Source: a virus
Taxonomy: Duplodnaviria; Caudoviricetes
Virus record (IMG/VR): IMGVR_UViG_3300044856_000241
Span: 128,001 to 192,000 of that record
DNA: 64,000 bases
Direction: 5' to 3' (one strand)
Part shown: piece by piece, positions 54,427-64,000 of the stretch
How the letters are laid out: every line of letters starts with the position of its first letter
How positions within the stretch are numbered: the first letter of the stretch is position 1
The notes under the pieces: generated by a model
What the model was told of the DNA's origin: nothing
What the model saw: the letters and a program-made list of their open reading frames with translations, nothing else
Databases searched by the model: none
Program-made: the position numbers and the translations under genes

Positions 54427-56211
54427 ATGGCTACTAAACAATCTAAATCATTAAAAAAATCTCTTCAAGAAGTATATCAGGAAAAATCTGAACGAGTTAT
54501 GGAAGGCGTTGCATATTGGGCATCTTTTTATAGAAAAAATCCACAGAGATTCGTAAAAGAATATTTAAATATAAATCTTAAATTATTTCAAAAAATATTG
54601 ATTTATATGATGATGGTAAGTACAAATTTTATGTACATTGCAAGCCGCGGCTCTGGTAAGACATGGTTAACTTCTCTCTATTGTGTAGTTCGATGTATTT
54701 TATATCCTGGTACGAAAATATGTGTAGCATCAGGTTTTAAAACACAAAGTTTGGAAGTAATACAAAAAATCAATGATGATTTTATGAAAAATTATGGATG
54801 GGGGTCTGCCAATTTACGAGCAGAAATAGATGATATTTCTACGTCTATAAATAATGCTCATGTAGATTTTAGAAATGGAAGTTGGATAAAGATAGTTAGC
54901 TCTAACGACAGTGCTCGCCATAACCGTGCCACACTAATAGTCGTGGATGAATTTCGGATGGTTGATTTAAATACAATCAACACAGTATTAAGAAAATTCT
55001 TAACAGCTCCACGTTCACCTGGGTATTTAAATAATCCAGAATATGCGCACCTTACAGAAAGAAATATTGAAATGTATATGTCTTCGGCATGGTTTAAATC
55101 ACATTGGAGTTTTGCAAAATTGCAAGCTTATTATGCAAATATGCTTGATGATACAAAACGCTATTTTTGCGTAGGACTGCCTTATCAATGCGCGATACGA
55201 GAAGGTTTGTTATCTCGTGAGCAGGTTGAGGATGAAATGAGTGAGGCGGATTTTGATCCGACCGCATTTAAAATGGAAATGGGCGCAGAATGGTTTGGAG
55301 ATACTGATGGAGCATTTTTTAGATACGATGATATCTCACCACGTAGAAAAATCAAAAATTGTTTCTTTCCATTATCTGTTTATAAAAATCATGGAATAAA
55401 GATACCGGAACTAGCACCTAATGAAAGACGTATATTGTCTGTCGATGTCGCATTGCTTGCAAGTAGACGACACGATAATGATGCAGCTGCTATTTTAATT
55501 AATTCGGCAATTCCAACAGACAGAAATGAATATATGAGTAATTATGTTTATTTAGAAACCCACGAAGGATTGACAACTGATGAACTTGGGATTTTAGTTA
55601 TGAGATTATTTTATGAATTTAACTGTACTGACCTTGTATTAGATACCAACGGTCAAGGTATTGGTGTTTATGATTTTATTATTAAACCACAATATGATTC
55701 AGAATACAACGTTACTCGTGAACCAATGACATGTATCAATGATGATAATATGGCTAGTCGTTGTAAAATAAAAAATGCGAATAAAGTTATATGGTCTATA
55801 AAAGCTACAGCTGATTTTAATACTAAAGCGGCGTTAGCTTTACGTGCAGGTTTTCAAAATGGATCAATTAATCTACTTGAATCTGAGTTTGAAGCTGAAG
55901 AAGATGTAAAAAAGATACGTGGCTACACGAAATTTTCTCAAGATGAGAAAATGTTATTAAAAGTACCTTACTTACAAACTACATTAATGGTCAATGAATT
56001 AATAAATCTTGAACATGAAGTGAAAGGAACCAATATCAAAATCACTGAGAAATCAGGAATGCGAAAAGATAGATATTCTGCATTAATGATGAACAATAAA
56101 ATTTGCCAGGATTTATCTTTAAAATTGAAACCTAAAAATCAATCTTCCCAAGAAGACATCAAAAAATACTTCCGTGCAAGAGCACCGAAGAAATCTACTA
56201 GATACTCATAG
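54427..56211 (+). CDS. terL: terminase large subunit
   Basis: ASRGSGKT Walker A, IVVDEF Walker B, LSVDVA and KDRYSA nuclease motifs. Confidence 0.92.
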   Translation: MATKQSKSLKKSLQEVYQEKSERVMEGVAYWASFYRKNPQRFVKEYLNINLKLFQKILIYMMMVSTNFMYIASRGSGKTWLTSLYCVVRCILYPGTKICVASGFKTQSLEVIQKINDDFMKNYGWGSANLRAEIDDISTSINNAHVDFRNGSWIKIVSSNDSARHNRATLIVVDEFRMVDLNTINTVLRKFLTAPRSPGYLNNPEYAHLTERNIEMYMSSAWFKSHWSFAKLQAYYANMLDDTKRYFCVGLPYQCAIREGLLSREQVEDEMSEADFDPTAFKMEMGAEWFGDTDGAFFRYDDISPRRKIKNCFFPLSVYKNHGIKIPELAPNERRILSVDVALLASRRHDNDAAAILINSAIPTDRNEYMSNYVYLETHEGLTTDELGILVMRLFYEFNCTDLVLDTNGQGIGVYDFIIKPQYDSEYNVTREPMTCINDDNMASRCKIKNANKVIWSIKATADFNTKAALALRAGFQNGSINLLESEFEAEEDVKKIRGYTKFSQDEKMLLKVPYLQTTLMVNELINLEHEVKGTNIKITEKSGMRKDRYSALMMNNKICQDLSLKLKPKNQSSQEDIKKYFRARAPKKSTRYS

Positions 56212-56226
56212 AAAGGAGAAACGATT

Positions 56227-57912
56227 TTGGATGAACAAAAAATAGAAAACTCCTCTTCTACTGTTTCTCCACCACCTAAGAGGAAACGTGGAAGACCGCC
56301 AAAAAATAAAACGACACAGCCATCTACTTCAGTTACGGAGAAAAAATCTTATGAAGTAGAAAGTCGTCCGACTGAATTATTGGTAAAAGAAAAACCAAAA
56401 GAAAATATTAAATATTCTTCACGTACTAGGATGTTAGATTTCGAATCTGTAAAAAATCTTTTCTTACAAAATGTATCGAAAACAACTTCTCGTTCATTTA
56501 CTCAGTATACAAAATCATTAGTAAAACAATATCTACAAAATCCACAAACAAATAAAGATAGATTAAGAGGTTTATCACAATATTTATTTAGAGCAAGCAC
56601 ATTATACAGAAAGATTATTCTCTACTATGCATGTATGCCATTATACAACTACTATGTTACAGAAAAAATAGATTTAACAAAGACATATAACGCAAATAAA
56701 TCTGCAAAGAATTATGCAAATATAATTCAAAAGCTGCAACAGATTAATTTTAAGCATGAATTTTCTCAAATGATTGCACTTGCTATTTTAAATGGTGCGT
56801 ATTTTGGATTTGTATATGACACAGGAGATGGAGTATTTTTCCATACTCTTGATCCTCAATATTGCAAGATCAAAGGAAAAGATATAGTTGGAAACTGGAT
56901 TATTTCATTTGACATGACTTATTTTTCACAAGGTTCTAATTCTGAATTTGTTGAAGGTATTGATGGAGATACATCCGGATGTTGGGATGATGTGTTTGTG
57001 CAAGCATGGAATGAATACCAGGCAGATAAACAGAATAAACGTTATGCCATTCTGCCTACAGAGAAAACTATATGTTTATTAGCAAGTTTAGATGATGAAT
57101 TTGATTTGTGTCTTCCATTCTTCATGGGAATCTTCTTATTATTAATGGACTGCGAAGATTATGCAGATATCATGGCGGATAAAACTGCTTTGGAAAATTA
57201 TAAATTACTTGTAAGTAAAATTCCTCTTATAGATGAAAACAACGTAGATGATTTTAAATTGTCTCTTGAAGTGACAGAATTTTTCCAGAATATGATTGAA
57301 GATATTTTACCAGCGAATGTTGGTGCGGTTCGATCTCCTATGGATTTAGAAGTCGTTGATTTTGAAAAATCAAATACTACTTCTGATACAGACATGCTTA
57401 CTAAATCAATCGAAAATGTTTTTAATAACTGTGGTGCGTCACAGCTTGTTGTTGCAGGAGGATCAAGTACAAACTCAATTGGATTAAAACAGGCAATTGC
57501 AAATGATTCTTCTCTTACATTTATTTGGATTGCACGTTTGGAACATAATTTTAATTACTGGTTATCTCAGAATGGATATGATGGATATACTTTTAAAATT
57601 CATGAACAGACTTGGTATAACAGAGAAGATTATATTAATCAGTTTAAAGATTCTTCTACATTAGGTAATAATCCAATGTTATATCTTACTGCTCTTGGAC
57701 AGACACCATATGAAGTTGAATGTGGTTTAAGAATGAGTATGCAAAGTGGCATTAGAGATTTATTAGTGCCATTGAAAACAACATATACAGATTCTGCTAA
57801 TAATGGGTCTGATACCGGTGGTGCCCCACTGAAGGATGATGGGGAATTATCTCCAGAAGGTGAGGTTACAAGAGAAACTGGTAAAAATGAAGGAACCAAG
57901 GCGAATGGTTAA
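56227..57912 (+). CDS. portal protein
   Basis: Follows terL; LRGLSQYL...YRKII.YYA.M; LDPQYCKI; size fits. Confidence 0.8.
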   Translation: MDEQKIENSSSTVSPPPKRKRGRPPKNKTTQPSTSVTEKKSYEVESRPTELLVKEKPKENIKYSSRTRMLDFESVKNLFLQNVSKTTSRSFTQYTKSLVKQYLQNPQTNKDRLRGLSQYLFRASTLYRKIILYYACMPLYNYYVTEKIDLTKTYNANKSAKNYANIIQKLQQINFKHEFSQMIALAILNGAYFGFVYDTGDGVFFHTLDPQYCKIKGKDIVGNWIISFDMTYFSQGSNSEFVEGIDGDTSGCWDDVFVQAWNEYQADKQNKRYAILPTEKTICLLASLDDEFDLCLPFFMGIFLLLMDCEDYADIMADKTALENYKLLVSKIPLIDENNVDDFKLSLEVTEFFQNMIEDILPANVGAVRSPMDLEVVDFEKSNTTSDTDMLTKSIENVFNNCGASQLVVAGGSSTNSIGLKQAIANDSSLTFIWIARLEHNFNYWLSQNGYDGYTFKIHEQTWYNREDYINQFKDSSTLGNNPMLYLTALGQTPYEVECGLRMSMQSGIRDLLVPLKTTYTDSANNGSDTGGAPLKDDGELSPEGEVTRETGKNEGTKANG

Positions 57913-57923
57913 GGAGAAAAAGG

Positions 57924-58097
57924 ATGACATACAATTTTATTCGTACTACTGATGAGGACACAAAAAATACATTGGTACGAGAAGGTTTTAAATTAATATC
58001 TCAGGATGGTCGAACATTTACTTTCTTAAATGACAAACCACTCTCCTTTGAAGATAAAAATAAAAAAATTCAATATAGTAACATTTTAACTTTTTAG
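57924..58097 (+). CDS. small hypothetical protein (57 aa, not in ORF track)
   Basis: MTYNFIRTTDEDTKNTLVREGFKLIS; AAGGAG SD. Confidence 0.7.
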   Translation: MTYNFIRTTDEDTKNTLVREGFKLISQDGRTFTFLNDKPLSFEDKNKKIQYSNILTF

Positions 58098-58163
58098 TCG
58101 TCTTCTTTTCAGACGGCTTTTGTTATGCCAAAAATTTACGAAAGGAGGGAAAGACTAAAATAT

Positions 58164-59879
58164 ATGAATAAAAAATACTTTACAATTGAAGATCTAATTC
58201 AGTTCTGTGAAAACAAAAAAATGTATAATTTTTCTTCTACAGAGTCTGAGTCTGGAAAACCGATAGTTGTTCAGTCAATTCAGGACTTCTCTTCTGCTGA
58301 TATCGAAGAAACCGAAGATAACAAGCTTTTTGCAAAAGTACGTGTTTGTCATACATTACTTAATCGAAATGGCAGTTATACATCAGAAGAATCTATGAAA
58401 GAAGCTATGCCGAGTTTAAAATATGCACCACTACTTGCAAATATTCATCAGTTAGATGATGGATCATGGGATTTTCATTCTCATGATTATCATATGGAAG
58501 AAGATGAAAATGGTAATGAATATGTAGTATATGACGAAAAACAGGTCGGTACATTCACAGCAGACGATCCATATTTAGAATACGACGAAGATATGGATAA
58601 AACTTATGTAGTAGCTCGTGTTGCTATCCCAGAAAATTATACAAAATGTGCTGATATTCTTCGTGAGAAAAAAGGCACAAAGGTAAGTTGTGAGCTTATC
58701 GTATATGAGTGCTCATATAACGCAAAGGAGAAATACTTACAATTAGATAAATTTGAATTTGCAGGTTGCACTTGTCTTGGGTGCGAAAAAGATGGAACGC
58801 CCATAGGTGAAGGAATGTTGGGAAGCAAACTTACTCTTGAAGATTTTAGCGAAGAGAATAACAGTTTGATTAAGTTTAATCAAAAAATGATTGAATTACA
58901 GGAAAGATTGGATAAACTCGAATCTTCTTGTTTCAATAATACAGACGACTCTAAGAAAGGAGGAGATGCAGGAAATATGAACAAATTTGAAGAATTACTT
59001 AAAAAATATAATAAAACTACCGAAGATGTAACATTTGAATACGCTGAGTTATCAGATGAAGAATTAGAGGTAAAATTCGAAGAAGAATTCGGAGATGAAG
59101 TAACTACGTCTGATGATTCAGAAGATAATTCAGAAGATGAAAATGGTGATGATGATGTCACCGTTGTTGAAGATGAAAATGGTGATGATGGCGGAGAAGA
59201 TTCTGAAGATCCGGATGACGGAGAAGGTGAATCTCAAGCTTTTGAAAATATGACACGTACTTTTGAAATCTCACATGATGACATCCGTTATGCACTTTAT
59301 AATCTTCTCGGAGAATTTGAAGAAATTGACAATGAATGGTATTACATTACTTCTGTATTCGATACATATTTTGTGTATGAAAGCTGGGATAGTGGAAAAA
59401 TCTATGGTCAGAAATACTCAAAGGATAATGATAATGTAGCATTTGACGGTGAGCGTTATTCTTTACATAAAGAATATTTAACAGATTCTGAACTTGCAGA
59501 GATTAATTCTATGAGATCTGAATATTCCGCATTAAAAGAATTTAAAGAGAATATTGAAAAAAATGAATTACATTCTAAGAGAGAAGAAATTATCAATTCT
59601 GAAAAATATTCTGTTCTAGCAGAAAAAGATGAAGAAGGTAATTTTGTAAATAACGATTTTGCAAAATTAGTTTCTGAAATGGACAACTACTCTCTTGCTG
59701 ATTTAGAAACAAAAGTTAAAGTAATGCATTCTGATTATGTTATTTCTCATACTGCTGCTTTTGCTGTAAAAGAAGAAAAACAGAAAAAGAAAGTATTATT
59801 TATGGCAAATTCAAATTCAGAAAAAGAATCTAAAAAGAAAGCACCTTATGGTGGTATCTTCGAAAAATATAACAAATAA
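58164..59879 (+). CDS. prohead protease/scaffold (YonD-like)
   Basis: VCHTLLNRNGS...VSCEL...F.G.T.LG...PIGEGM, acidic linker, coiled-coil C-terminus; between portal and capsid. Confidence 0.7.
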   Translation: MNKKYFTIEDLIQFCENKKMYNFSSTESESGKPIVVQSIQDFSSADIEETEDNKLFAKVRVCHTLLNRNGSYTSEESMKEAMPSLKYAPLLANIHQLDDGSWDFHSHDYHMEEDENGNEYVVYDEKQVGTFTADDPYLEYDEDMDKTYVVARVAIPENYTKCADILREKKGTKVSCELIVYECSYNAKEKYLQLDKFEFAGCTCLGCEKDGTPIGEGMLGSKLTLEDFSEENNSLIKFNQKMIELQERLDKLESSCFNNTDDSKKGGDAGNMNKFEELLKKYNKTTEDVTFEYAELSDEELEVKFEEEFGDEVTTSDDSEDNSEDENGDDDVTVVEDENGDDGGEDSEDPDDGEGESQAFENMTRTFEISHDDIRYALYNLLGEFEEIDNEWYYITSVFDTYFVYESWDSGKIYGQKYSKDNDNVAFDGERYSLHKEYLTDSELAEINSMRSEYSALKEFKENIEKNELHSKREEIINSEKYSVLAEKDEEGNFVNNDFAKLVSEMDNYSLADLETKVKVMHSDYVISHTAAFAVKEEKQKKKVLFMANSNSEKESKKKAPYGGIFEKYNK

Positions 59880-59895
59880 CATAATTCGTTAAAGT

Positions 59896-59919
59896 GATCA
59901 GCTTAGGCTGGTCTTTTTT
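59896..59919 (+). terminator. intrinsic terminator
   Basis: GATCAGC-TTAG-GCTGGTC plus T run. Confidence 0.65.
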
Positions 59920-59944
59920 ATTGCAAAAATAAGGAGGACAAATA

Positions 59945-60457
59945 ATGATTAATGCATTTTTAAAAGACATTGATAAACACATCGTTGCTGAGTCTACAAA
60001 TCTCACCGCAACAAATTACGGAAGACATATCTTTAGTGTTAAAGCTTCCGAAGATATTGATAACGGTAAGTTAGTTGATATCGACAAAATGAAATATGAG
60101 AAAAATGAGTACTACACAATGGTTGAACCAACAGCTACATCTCGTGTAGGTCTTATTTTATCTGTAGCAATTGGTGCAGATGAGTCTCCAAAGAAAGCTA
60201 CATATGAGTACAACTTCTATAACGGAAAAGATGAAATCATGAGAGTATATGAACTCGCAGCTGGAGACAGATTCTCTATCTCTGCTAATGGTTTTACTGG
60301 TACACCGGCTGTTGGAAAACTTGTAGAGGCTGATGGATACGACATCAAAGTTATTGACGGAGATACATCTACTGCTACTTTCTATGGTGAGATCATCGAA
60401 GAGGTTAAACGTACTGGCGGTAACTTCTTCAAAATTATGGTTCGTAAAAACGGTTAA
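59945..60457 (+). CDS. capsid decoration/stabilising protein
   Basis: Position immediately before the MCP; DIDNG...FYN.....RVYEL..GD.F pattern. Confidence 0.6.
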   Translation: MINAFLKDIDKHIVAESTNLTATNYGRHIFSVKASEDIDNGKLVDIDKMKYEKNEYYTMVEPTATSRVGLILSVAIGADESPKKATYEYNFYNGKDEIMRVYELAAGDRFSISANGFTGTPAVGKLVEADGYDIKVIDGDTSTATFYGEIIEEVKRTGGNFFKIMVRKNG

Positions 60458-60480
60458 TTTTGATAAGGAGGATATTTAAC

Positions 60481-61587
60481 ATGAAAAACAATTTCTTAAA
60501 TTTCAGTGCAAATGTTAAAACTGCATTTGAAAATGATGAGACAAAATATATGGGCTTTTCTCAGCTCTTAAAAGATTATGCAAAAGGAGAGCTTGAGTCT
60601 GGTGTTTCTAAAGCTGATGCAGACAAAGAAATCAGAGATACATTTAAACTGATTATGGGGCTTGATGAAAAAGCTTCTGCAAAAGAAATCCGCAAAGCTA
60701 TCAGACGTAACAAAAATGAAATTTTTGAAGTAATTGAGGAAACTGTTGAAGATTTATTAACATCAGGATGGCAGGAAAATGAATTCTTTAACGATTTTGT
60801 TGAAGTTAAAAACCTTGCTATGGATGATGCTAATGAGTTTGAGTCCGAGGACAAAACAGTATTAACTGTTGGTAAAATCTCCGGAAACCATTGGGATCTT
60901 GACAGACAGAGACTTGGTATTGGTGAAACATTCCGTGTACCTACTTTCTGGGTTGGTCTTGGTGTATACGAAGAGTTTGAAAAAGTTATGACTGGTCGTG
61001 CAGACTGGACAAAGCTGGTAAATAAAATTTATGAAGCAATGGATGACTATGTAAACGAGCTTGTTTACAAAGCAGTTATCTCTGCCGGATCTCAGGTTCT
61101 TCCTGGTTCTGAGCAGTTCTATAAAACAGCAGCTCTGGACAAAGCAGCTAAATCTACTTTTGTTACAATGGTTGAGGATGTACAGGCAGCTAACCGTGGT
61201 GCAGAAGTTGTTATTATGGGAACAAAAGCAGCTCTGTCTAAATTATATGATTTATCTGATGTTTCTTGGATTGCTGAGGAAGACAAGAGAGATCGTAGAA
61301 ATCTTGGTCGTCTTGGTATCTGGGAAGGAACTCGTCTTATTGAGATTCCACAGGTGTTTGCAAAGAACGATACAACAAAAAAAATGGTTAACTCAAATGT
61401 TCTGTTAATCATGCCAGTTGCAGATAATAAATTTGTAAAACTTGTATATGAAGGCGATTCTCAGATTAAAGAGGTTACAGACTCTACTGAAAAGAACGAT
61501 ATGACATATGAATTCAAGTATCTGACAAAACTTGGTGTTGCTACAATTATTGGTAGATATTTTGGTACATGGAACATCGTAGCCTAA
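60481..61587 (+). CDS. major capsid protein
   Basis: 368 aa, AAGGAGG SD, FNDFVEVKNLA...DLDRQRL...GTRLIEIPQ; followed by a terminator. Confidence 0.85.
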   Translation: MKNNFLNFSANVKTAFENDETKYMGFSQLLKDYAKGELESGVSKADADKEIRDTFKLIMGLDEKASAKEIRKAIRRNKNEIFEVIEETVEDLLTSGWQENEFFNDFVEVKNLAMDDANEFESEDKTVLTVGKISGNHWDLDRQRLGIGETFRVPTFWVGLGVYEEFEKVMTGRADWTKLVNKIYEAMDDYVNELVYKAVISAGSQVLPGSEQFYKTAALDKAAKSTFVTMVEDVQAANRGAEVVIMGTKAALSKLYDLSDVSWIAEEDKRDRRNLGRLGIWEGTRLIEIPQVFAKNDTTKKMVNSNVLLIMPVADNKFVKLVYEGDSQIKEVTDSTEKNDMTYEFKYLTKLGVATIIGRYFGTWNIVA

Positions 61588-61621
61588 TTTTATATAGTAA
61601 CTAAAAACTATTTATTATTGT

Positions 61622-61648
61622 GGAGAGTGGTTATCCCACTCTCCTTTT
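61622..61648 (+). terminator. intrinsic terminator after the MCP
   Basis: GGAGAGTGG-TTATC-CCACTCTCC-TTTT. Confidence 0.75.
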
Positions 61649-61675
61649 ATATAAGGAAGGAAAAGGATTTTATTT

Positions 61676-62212
61676 ATGCCAACAGCAAAAAAAATTGGAG
61701 AAGAAGAAGCAACTACAGTAAAAGTTGAAGAAAAGAAAAAAGCAAGAGTATTTAAACAGACAGATCCTATTTTATGTAGATCTGTAACTCCTGGATGGCT
61801 TGGTGTTTCTGGAAAATCAGGAATGTATTATGTTTTTTCTAATTATGGAGATGAAGCAGAAATTGAATATGGTGATTTATTTGCTTTAAAAAACATGCAT
61901 TCAAGATATTTATATGACCCATTATTCATCATTGAAGATGAAGAACTGCTTGAGAATTCACGTTGGAAAGACTTATCTGAATTTTATACAGATAAAGTTT
62001 TTGGAATGGACGATATTAATCTTGTATTAAATAAGCCAAATACATCATTTAAATCTACTTTATTATCTCTTCCAAAAGGACTATTAAAAGCAGTTACTGT
62101 CGAAGTAGCAAAACGTATTGAGGAAGGTAGTTTTGATTCATTAAAGAAAATTAAAATTCTTGACGAAGTTTGTGGAACAGATTTCGGAAAAATGATCAAT
62201 ACTGCTGAATAG
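61676..62212 (+). CDS. head morphogenesis protein (hypothetical)
   Basis: Position after the MCP; FDSLKKIKILDE motif. Confidence 0.6.
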   Translation: MPTAKKIGEEEATTVKVEEKKKARVFKQTDPILCRSVTPGWLGVSGKSGMYYVFSNYGDEAEIEYGDLFALKNMHSRYLYDPLFIIEDEELLENSRWKDLSEFYTDKVFGMDDINLVLNKPNTSFKSTLLSLPKGLLKAVTVEVAKRIEEGSFDSLKKIKILDEVCGTDFGKMINTAE

Positions 62213-62228
62213 TTAAAGGAGGTTATAT

Positions 62229-62687
62229 ATGCCTTCTATAGAATATGAAGCAATTTATAAACGTGCTTTGGTGCGCATTGATGATATCGGATTAGCAAAT
62301 TTCACCCAAGAAGATTTTTATGATTATTTACGTGAATGGTTACATACAGCATCGTCAGAACCACTTTTCAGGAAAAAATTCTCATCATTTTCTTTAGATG
62401 ATGAATTAATGCAATTGAATTTTACATTGTCATATAGCGTTGATGATGATTATGATAAAAATTTTGTAACATCGTTGCTTGCTGAAGGTGTAATTATTAA
62501 TTACATGCCATCAAAAATTGATTCTGATAAAAATTTAGCAGTTATGATTGGTAGCGACAAAGAGAAGAAACTAATTGGCAACTATTCTAAAAATATGGAA
62601 AGGCTCAACGACTTAAAACGTGAATGGGAACGTAATATGACGAGACATTCATATTATTTCACCGAGTATGGTGGTTTAAATGGATAA
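62229..62687 (+). CDS. head-tail adaptor-like protein
   Basis: YEAIYKRAL..IDD...DDELMQLNFTL; position. Confidence 0.55.
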   Translation: MPSIEYEAIYKRALVRIDDIGLANFTQEDFYDYLREWLHTASSEPLFRKKFSSFSLDDELMQLNFTLSYSVDDDYDKNFVTSLLAEGVIINYMPSKIDSDKNLAVMIGSDKEKKLIGNYSKNMERLNDLKREWERNMTRHSYYFTEYGGLNG

Positions 62688-63027
62688 TATGCTCCAACAC
62701 AAATACGGTGAATTTAAAAATTCTCAAGTTGAGTACTACAAGCAAAAATTCAGGAAAAAGATTTTCTGGCTAATCCTTTATACAGACAAGCGTACAAATC
62801 AAAATTATCAAAACATTGATGTAGAAGAATTCCACAAGAATTTAATTTTTGAAATTTCCAGTTGTAATGAATTACTTCTGTACCCTCAAAATTTTGTGGA
62901 AATTATTAATCGATTAGAGCAAGCATTAAAAGTATTAGAATCAGATAAGTTTGATTTTAAGAAATATAAAAAATTAGTTTTTGATGCGGGAGCTTTAATC
63001 AAAACGGTGGAAGTAGGTGATAGATAA
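62680..63027 (+). CDS. hypothetical virion-module protein
   Basis: Overlaps both neighbours. Confidence 0.65.
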   Translation: MDNMLQHKYGEFKNSQVEYYKQKFRKKIFWLILYTDKRTNQNYQNIDVEEFHKNLIFEISSCNELLLYPQNFVEIINRLEQALKVLESDKFDFKKYKKLVFDAGALIKTVEVGDR

Positions 63028-64000
63028 TGTCAACCTATAATCAATATAGACGGAAGTTTAATATTACTTCTGATAATCAATCTATCGTTACGCCTACTAC
63101 TCTTGGTCAGAAATTAAAAGCAGAATCTGATCAAATGATGGAACGAACTTTGGATGCCGATTTACAATCTAAAGTTTGTTACATTTATGATTATTACCAT
63201 GATGACCAGCCTGATAAAAAAGATCATATGACTTATGAATACACGACTAAAACACGTATTGATGCGAAGTTTTTTATGAAAACTCATCAGTCACTAGATA
63301 AGGATCAGACTGAGTATTACTTACAATTCAAACCATCTCAGAAATTGGAATTCGTTCCTGGAGATGAGTTGTATTATTTTGAAACTGATTACCGAAGAAA
63401 ATTTTGGAGTGAATTTCCGATAGGTATGTATTGCGATATTGCTAACGAAAAAGGAGTCTATGAGAAATGGATCGTTGTTGGTAAGGAAATTTCTAATCAG
63501 TTTACAAAATATTTTGTATTGCCGGTTGATTACCGTTTACAGTGGATTGAACGTTCCGGAAGGGCAAAAATAAAACGTCAAATGTGGGGAACCACAAGGA
63601 GCCAAAGTTCGTATAATGTGTGCGCTTCATATCGGAAACGGTATGTCGAAAGTTTTCTAATTGCTGGAAACTCTCAGTATGTTATCGGTACAGTAAAGTG
63701 TGACAATCTGATAACTGGAGACAATCAGCAGCGAAGCTTCTTATTTAATAAGAAGAACGTTCAACGATCATGCGCCCAAGTGGGCTAATGGAAACCACCT
63801 AAGTCTTTTAAAAGATATGGTGTTGATATGCTCTGACCTTCATGGCGACATGGAGAAAATAAAATTATTACAATTTTATCTTTATTGAATTAACGACTCA
63901 ATAAAGTAACAATCAAAAAAAATGACACTATTGGTACGTATACAGATCGCTATATCACCAAACAAGATAATCAGCAAAAATTCAAACTTCCATTGAATCC
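63027..64000 (+). CDS. head closure/connector-like protein, exons 63027-63612 and 63925->64000
   Basis: Splicing gives ...RSQSS-Y-TIGTYTDRYITKQDNQQKFKLPLN, open to the window end. Confidence 0.7.
63613..63924 (+). ncRNA. group I self-splicing intron without homing endonuclease ORF
   Basis: P AATTGCTGGAAA, Q AATCAGCAG, R TCAACGATCA, S GATATGCTCT; exon ends in U, intron in G; P1 and P10 pairings; GNRA hairpins. Confidence 0.88.

Larger units (their letters stand above)
1..64000. mobile_element. SPbeta-like large temperate phage/prophage (window lies wholly inside it)
   Basis: YonO-like RNAP, HU, YonK-like, phosphoesterase, terminase-portal-capsid genes in SPbeta-like order; divergent arm of small ORFs; no host housekeeping genes or att boundary seen. 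Confidence 0.9.

Noticed and set aside
63613-63788. C-terminal extension of ORF 63027-63788 in the ORF track
   Set aside because: It is read-through into the group I intron; the real frame resumes at 63925

Overview
The whole 64 kb window is part of one large, AT-rich SPbeta-like (pro)phage. The host is probably a Firmicutes (Clostridia/Lachnospiraceae-type) organism, inferred from SigA promoters, Firmicutes-type LexA boxes and gene content. 1-15 kb: a leftward arm of about 40 small, mostly hypothetical genes, including mazEF, a solo hicA, a higBA-like pair and XRE regulators. 15.0-16.45 kb: a divergent non-coding control region with three related SigA promoter/operator modules, two LexA boxes and a strongly C-skewed tract. 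16.5-64 kb (rightward): replication/ParB/antirepressor genes, a YonO-type single-subunit RNA polymerase, HU-like proteins, a frameshifted IscB with omegaRNA, a beta-CASP MBL nuclease, ClpP, YonK-like and phosphoesterase genes, a frameshifted GIY-YIG nuclease, an amidase, a tyrosine recombinase, six tRNAs, a nine-gene fibre cassette, and the terminase-portal-capsid module. The last gene is split by an ORF-less group I intron. The most unusual signals are: (i) two orphan ToxI-like pseudoknots with compensatory changes at 40900-40957, a candidate RNA decoy against type III TA/Abi defence; (ii) an unassigned ~365-nt structured RNA at 34012-34375; (iii) a three-way-junction RNA present twice, whose loop pairs with the downstream ribosome-binding site; (iv) a fibre cassette in which each protein's C-terminal motif predicts the N-terminal domain of the next gene; (v) a recurring GAGAATA promoter-like motif, clustered ATA/ATT/ATC starts, and tandem NrdR boxes away from any nrd gene. 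All family assignments come from motif recognition by eye; no searches were run.
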